From the sequence record SRR31156797_336: DNA of 27,834 nucleotides; one strand, 5' to 3'. Below the pieces are notes generated by a model. The model had not been told where the DNA came from. It saw nothing but the letters and a program-made list of their open reading frames with translations, and made no database searches. The position numbers were made by a program, and so were the translations under genes. Within the stretch, counting starts at the first letter, position 1, and each line of letters begins with the position of its first letter. Positions 25,371 through 27,834 of the stretch are shown piece by piece.

Positions 25371-27834
25371 CTATTCTTCTGTTCCTTCGATACTGCCTGA
25401 TTGTTCAGCTGACTCATTTGAACCTTCATTTTCAATCGTTTCATCCTCATTTGATGAATTTACCTTAGCAACAGCAGCAATTGAATCGTTTTTCTTGCTC
25501 AAATTAATCAAACGAACCCCTTGAGTTGCTCGTCCCATTACTCTAAGATCAGAAACTGCCAAACGAATGGTAATACCTGATTTGTTGATGATCATCAAAT
25601 CTTCATTATCAGTAACGTTCTTAATAGCAATCAAATCACCAGTTTTATCAGTAAGGCTAATTGTTTTAACACCTTTACCCCCTCTATTGGTAATTCTATA
25701 ATCATCAATATTAGAACGCTTACCATAACCGTTCTCTGATACAACAAGGATATCCTCTTCCCCATTCTCAACACATATCATGCCAACAACCTCGTCGCTT
25801 TCGTCTTTCAGCGTAATTCCACGTACTCCAGAAGCTGTTCTTCCCATCGAACGAACCTGATCTTCAGCAAATCGAATTGCTTTACCAGAACGACCGGCAA
25901 TTAATATTTGATTCTCACCATTGGTTAGTTTCGCCTCTAATAATTGATCACCTTCGCGAACTGTAATAGCATTTACACCATTTACACGAGGTCTCGAATA
26001 AGCTTCAAGTGGAGTTTTCTTAACAACACCTTTTTTAGTACAAAGAACAATGTAATTGTTATTAATATACTCTTCCTCTTTAAGGTTAAGAACATTGATA
26101 TAAGCTTTCACTTTATCATCAGGTTCAATATTTAAAAGATTCTGAATTGCTCTACCTTTAGATTGCTTCGTGCCTTCTGGAATCTCGTATACCTTCAACC
26201 AGAAACATTTACCTTTTTCAGTAAAGAACAACATCGTATTGTGCATTGTAGCCATAATCATGTGCTCCAAGAAATCCTCTTCTCTGGTAATACTTCCTTT
26301 TGAGCCTACTCCTCCTCTATGTTGAGTTTTAAATTCAGCAAGCGGAGTACGCTTAATGTAACCCATGTGAGAAATTGTGATCACCATCTCCTCGTCAGCA
26401 TAGAAATCTTCAGGATTGAATTCTTCTGAAGAATAAACAATATCGGTTCTTCTTTCGTCGCCGTATTTTGCCTTAACTTCAGTCAATTCTTCCTTAATGA
26501 TATCCATTCTCATTTGCTCATTAGCAAGAATTGCTCTCAAATGATCAATCAATTTCATCAACTCTTCATATTCAGCATGCAACTTGTCGCGCTCTAAACC
26601 TGTCAGTTTTTGCAAACGCATATCAAGAATTGCCTTGGCTTGAATTTCATCTAAATCGAAATTACTCATTAAACCATTTCTTGCTTCTTCAGGAGTTTTA
26701 GAACCTCTAATCAAAGCAATTACCTGGTCAATATTATCCAAAGCTATAATTAAACCTTTTAGGATATGAGCCTTATTTTCAGCCTGACGCAATTCATACT
26801 GAGTTCTTCGCACAACAACATCATGACGATGCTCAACAAAATTATCAATTAAGTCACGCAAGTTCAATAGCTGTGGTCGACCTTTCACCAACGCAATATT
26901 ATTTACGCTAAATGAAGTTTGCATTTGTGTGTATTTGTACAACTTGTTCAATACAACATTTGCAATAGCATCTCTTTTAAGATCGAAAACGATTCTCATC
27001 CCAGTTCGGTCTGACTCATCATTTACATTAGAAATACCATCAATCTTCTTATCGTTGATTAAATCAGCAGCCTTCATAATAAGTTCTGCCTTATTAACCA
27101 TATATGGAATCTCACTTACAATGATCTTTTCACGACCATTTTCAGTAGTTTCAATATTTGTTTTTGCTCTTACAACTACTCTACCTCTACCCGTCTCGAA
27201 CGCTTCTTTCACACCCTGGTAACCATAAATAGTCCCACCTGTAGGAAAATCAGGAGCTTTAACAATTCGGATCAATTCATCCATTTCTACTTCTTTGTTA
27301 TCGATAGTAGTAATAATGGCATCAATTGTATCAGATAAATTGTGAGGTGGCATATTGGTTGCCATACCTACTGCAATACCAGAAGCACCGTTTACAAGTA
27401 AATTTGGAATACGGGTTGGAAGTACAGTTGGTTCTTTTAACGATTCATCAAAGTTAGGAGCCATATCTACAGTATCCTTATCAAGATCTGATAAGGTTTC
27501 TTCTGCAATCTTATCCATTCTAGCCTCTGTATAACGCATTGCTGCAGGACTATCTCCATCAACAGAACCGAAGTTACCTTGCCCATCAATTAAAGGATAT
27601 CGCAAAGACCAATGTTGAGCCATACGAACCATAGTCATATAAACAGAACTATCTCCATGTGGGTGATACTTACCTAATACCTCACCAACAATTCTTGCTG
27701 ATTTTTTATATGGCTTATTGGCTGTAATGCCTAATTCGTTCATTCCAAATAAAACTCTTCGGTGAACAGGCTTTAGACCGTCTCTAACATCTGGTAGAGC
27801 TCTGGAAACAATAACCGACATCGAATAATCGATA
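25371..27834 (-). CDS. gyrA: DNA gyrase subunit A (5' end outside the window)
   Basis: Frame stays open to the window edge ([26 protein letters not shown]). KYHPHGD, AAMRYTE (catalytic Tyr), GyrA-box QHRGGVG, beta-pinwheel repeats, acidic tail. Confidence 0.98.
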   Translation of the reverse strand, partial: IDYSMSVIVSRALPDVRDGLKPVHRRVLFGMNELGITANKPYKKSARIVGEVLGKYHPHGDSSVYMTMVRMAQHWSLRYPLIDGQGNFGSVDGDSPAAMRYTEARMDKIAEETLSDLDKDTVDMAPNFDESLKEPTVLPTRIPNLLVNGASGIAVGMATNMPPHNLSDTIDAIITTIDNKEVEMDELIRIVKAPDFPTGGTIYGYQGVKEAFETGRGRVVVRAKTNIETTENGREKIIVSEIPYMVNKAELIMKAADLINDKKIDGISNVNDESDRTGMRIVFDLKRDAIANVVLNKLYKYTQMQTSFSVNNIALVKGRPQLLNLRDLIDNFVEHRHDVVVRRTQYELRQAENKAHILKGLIIALDNIDQVIALIRGSKTPEEARNGLMSNFDLDEIQAKAILDMRLQKLTGLERDKLHAEYEELMKLIDHLRAILANEQMRMDIIKEELTEVKAKYGDERRTDIVYSSEEFNPEDFYADEEMVITISHMGYIKRTPLAEFKTQHRGGVGSKGSITREEDFLEHMIMATMHNTMLFFTEKGKCFWLKVYEIPEGTKQSKGRAIQNLLNIEPDDKVKAYINVLNLKEEEYINNNYIVLCTKKGVVKKTPLEAYSRPRVNGVNAITVREGDQLLEAKLTNGENQILIAGRSGKAIRFAEDQVRSMGRTASGVRGITLKDESDEVVGMICVENGEEDILVVSENGYGKRSNIDDYRITNRGGKGVKTISLTDKTGDLIAIKNVTDNEDLMIINKSGITIRLAVSDLRVMGRATQGVRLINLSKKNDSIAAVAKVNSSNEDETIENEGSNESAEQSGSIEGTEE

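Noticed and set aside
1706..27222. Short ORFs nested in or antisense to long genes (e.g. 1706-1948, 7342-7680, 8345-8692, 12051-12515, 26929-27222)
   Set aside because: They overlap well-supported genes, have no recognisable motifs and look like shadow frames.
25371..27834. parC (topoisomerase IV subunit A)
   Set aside because: A GyrA-box (QHRGGVG), a full pinwheel C-terminal domain and an acidic tail identify GyrA.

Overview
AT-rich bacterial chromosomal window. Gene content (pyrK-pyrD, gyrA followed by a TPR gene, GyrA QRDR type), TAnnTTTG promoter boxes and A-rich starts without Shine-Dalgarno point to Bacteroidota, possibly a marine Marinilabiliales/Marinifilaceae-like lineage; this is inference. 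From left to right: end of pyrK and pyrD; a late cobamide (B12) assembly/salvage cluster (cobD, cbiB, cobU, a glutamine-amidotransferase-like HEAT-repeat lipoprotein, two cobT paralogues, cobS, cobC) with a REP-like doublet and an unannotated 48-aa antisense membrane ORF; an orphan lipoprotein followed by a 7-unit, 42-bp palindromic repeat array; a GH73/Bax-like lipoprotein, a TPR protein, a hypothetical protein, maeB and a TRIC/UPF0126 membrane protein; a convergent GH130 / GT4-GH130-Zn-ribbon module; a membrane protein; a two-domain adenylate kinase with a degenerate second active site; a FIST (NosP-like) gene broken by one in-frame TAA upstream of a soluble hybrid histidine kinase; and a TPR protein and partial gyrA on the minus strand. 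No tRNA, rRNA, CRISPR-Cas or transposase was seen. All family calls come from motif recognition, not database searches.
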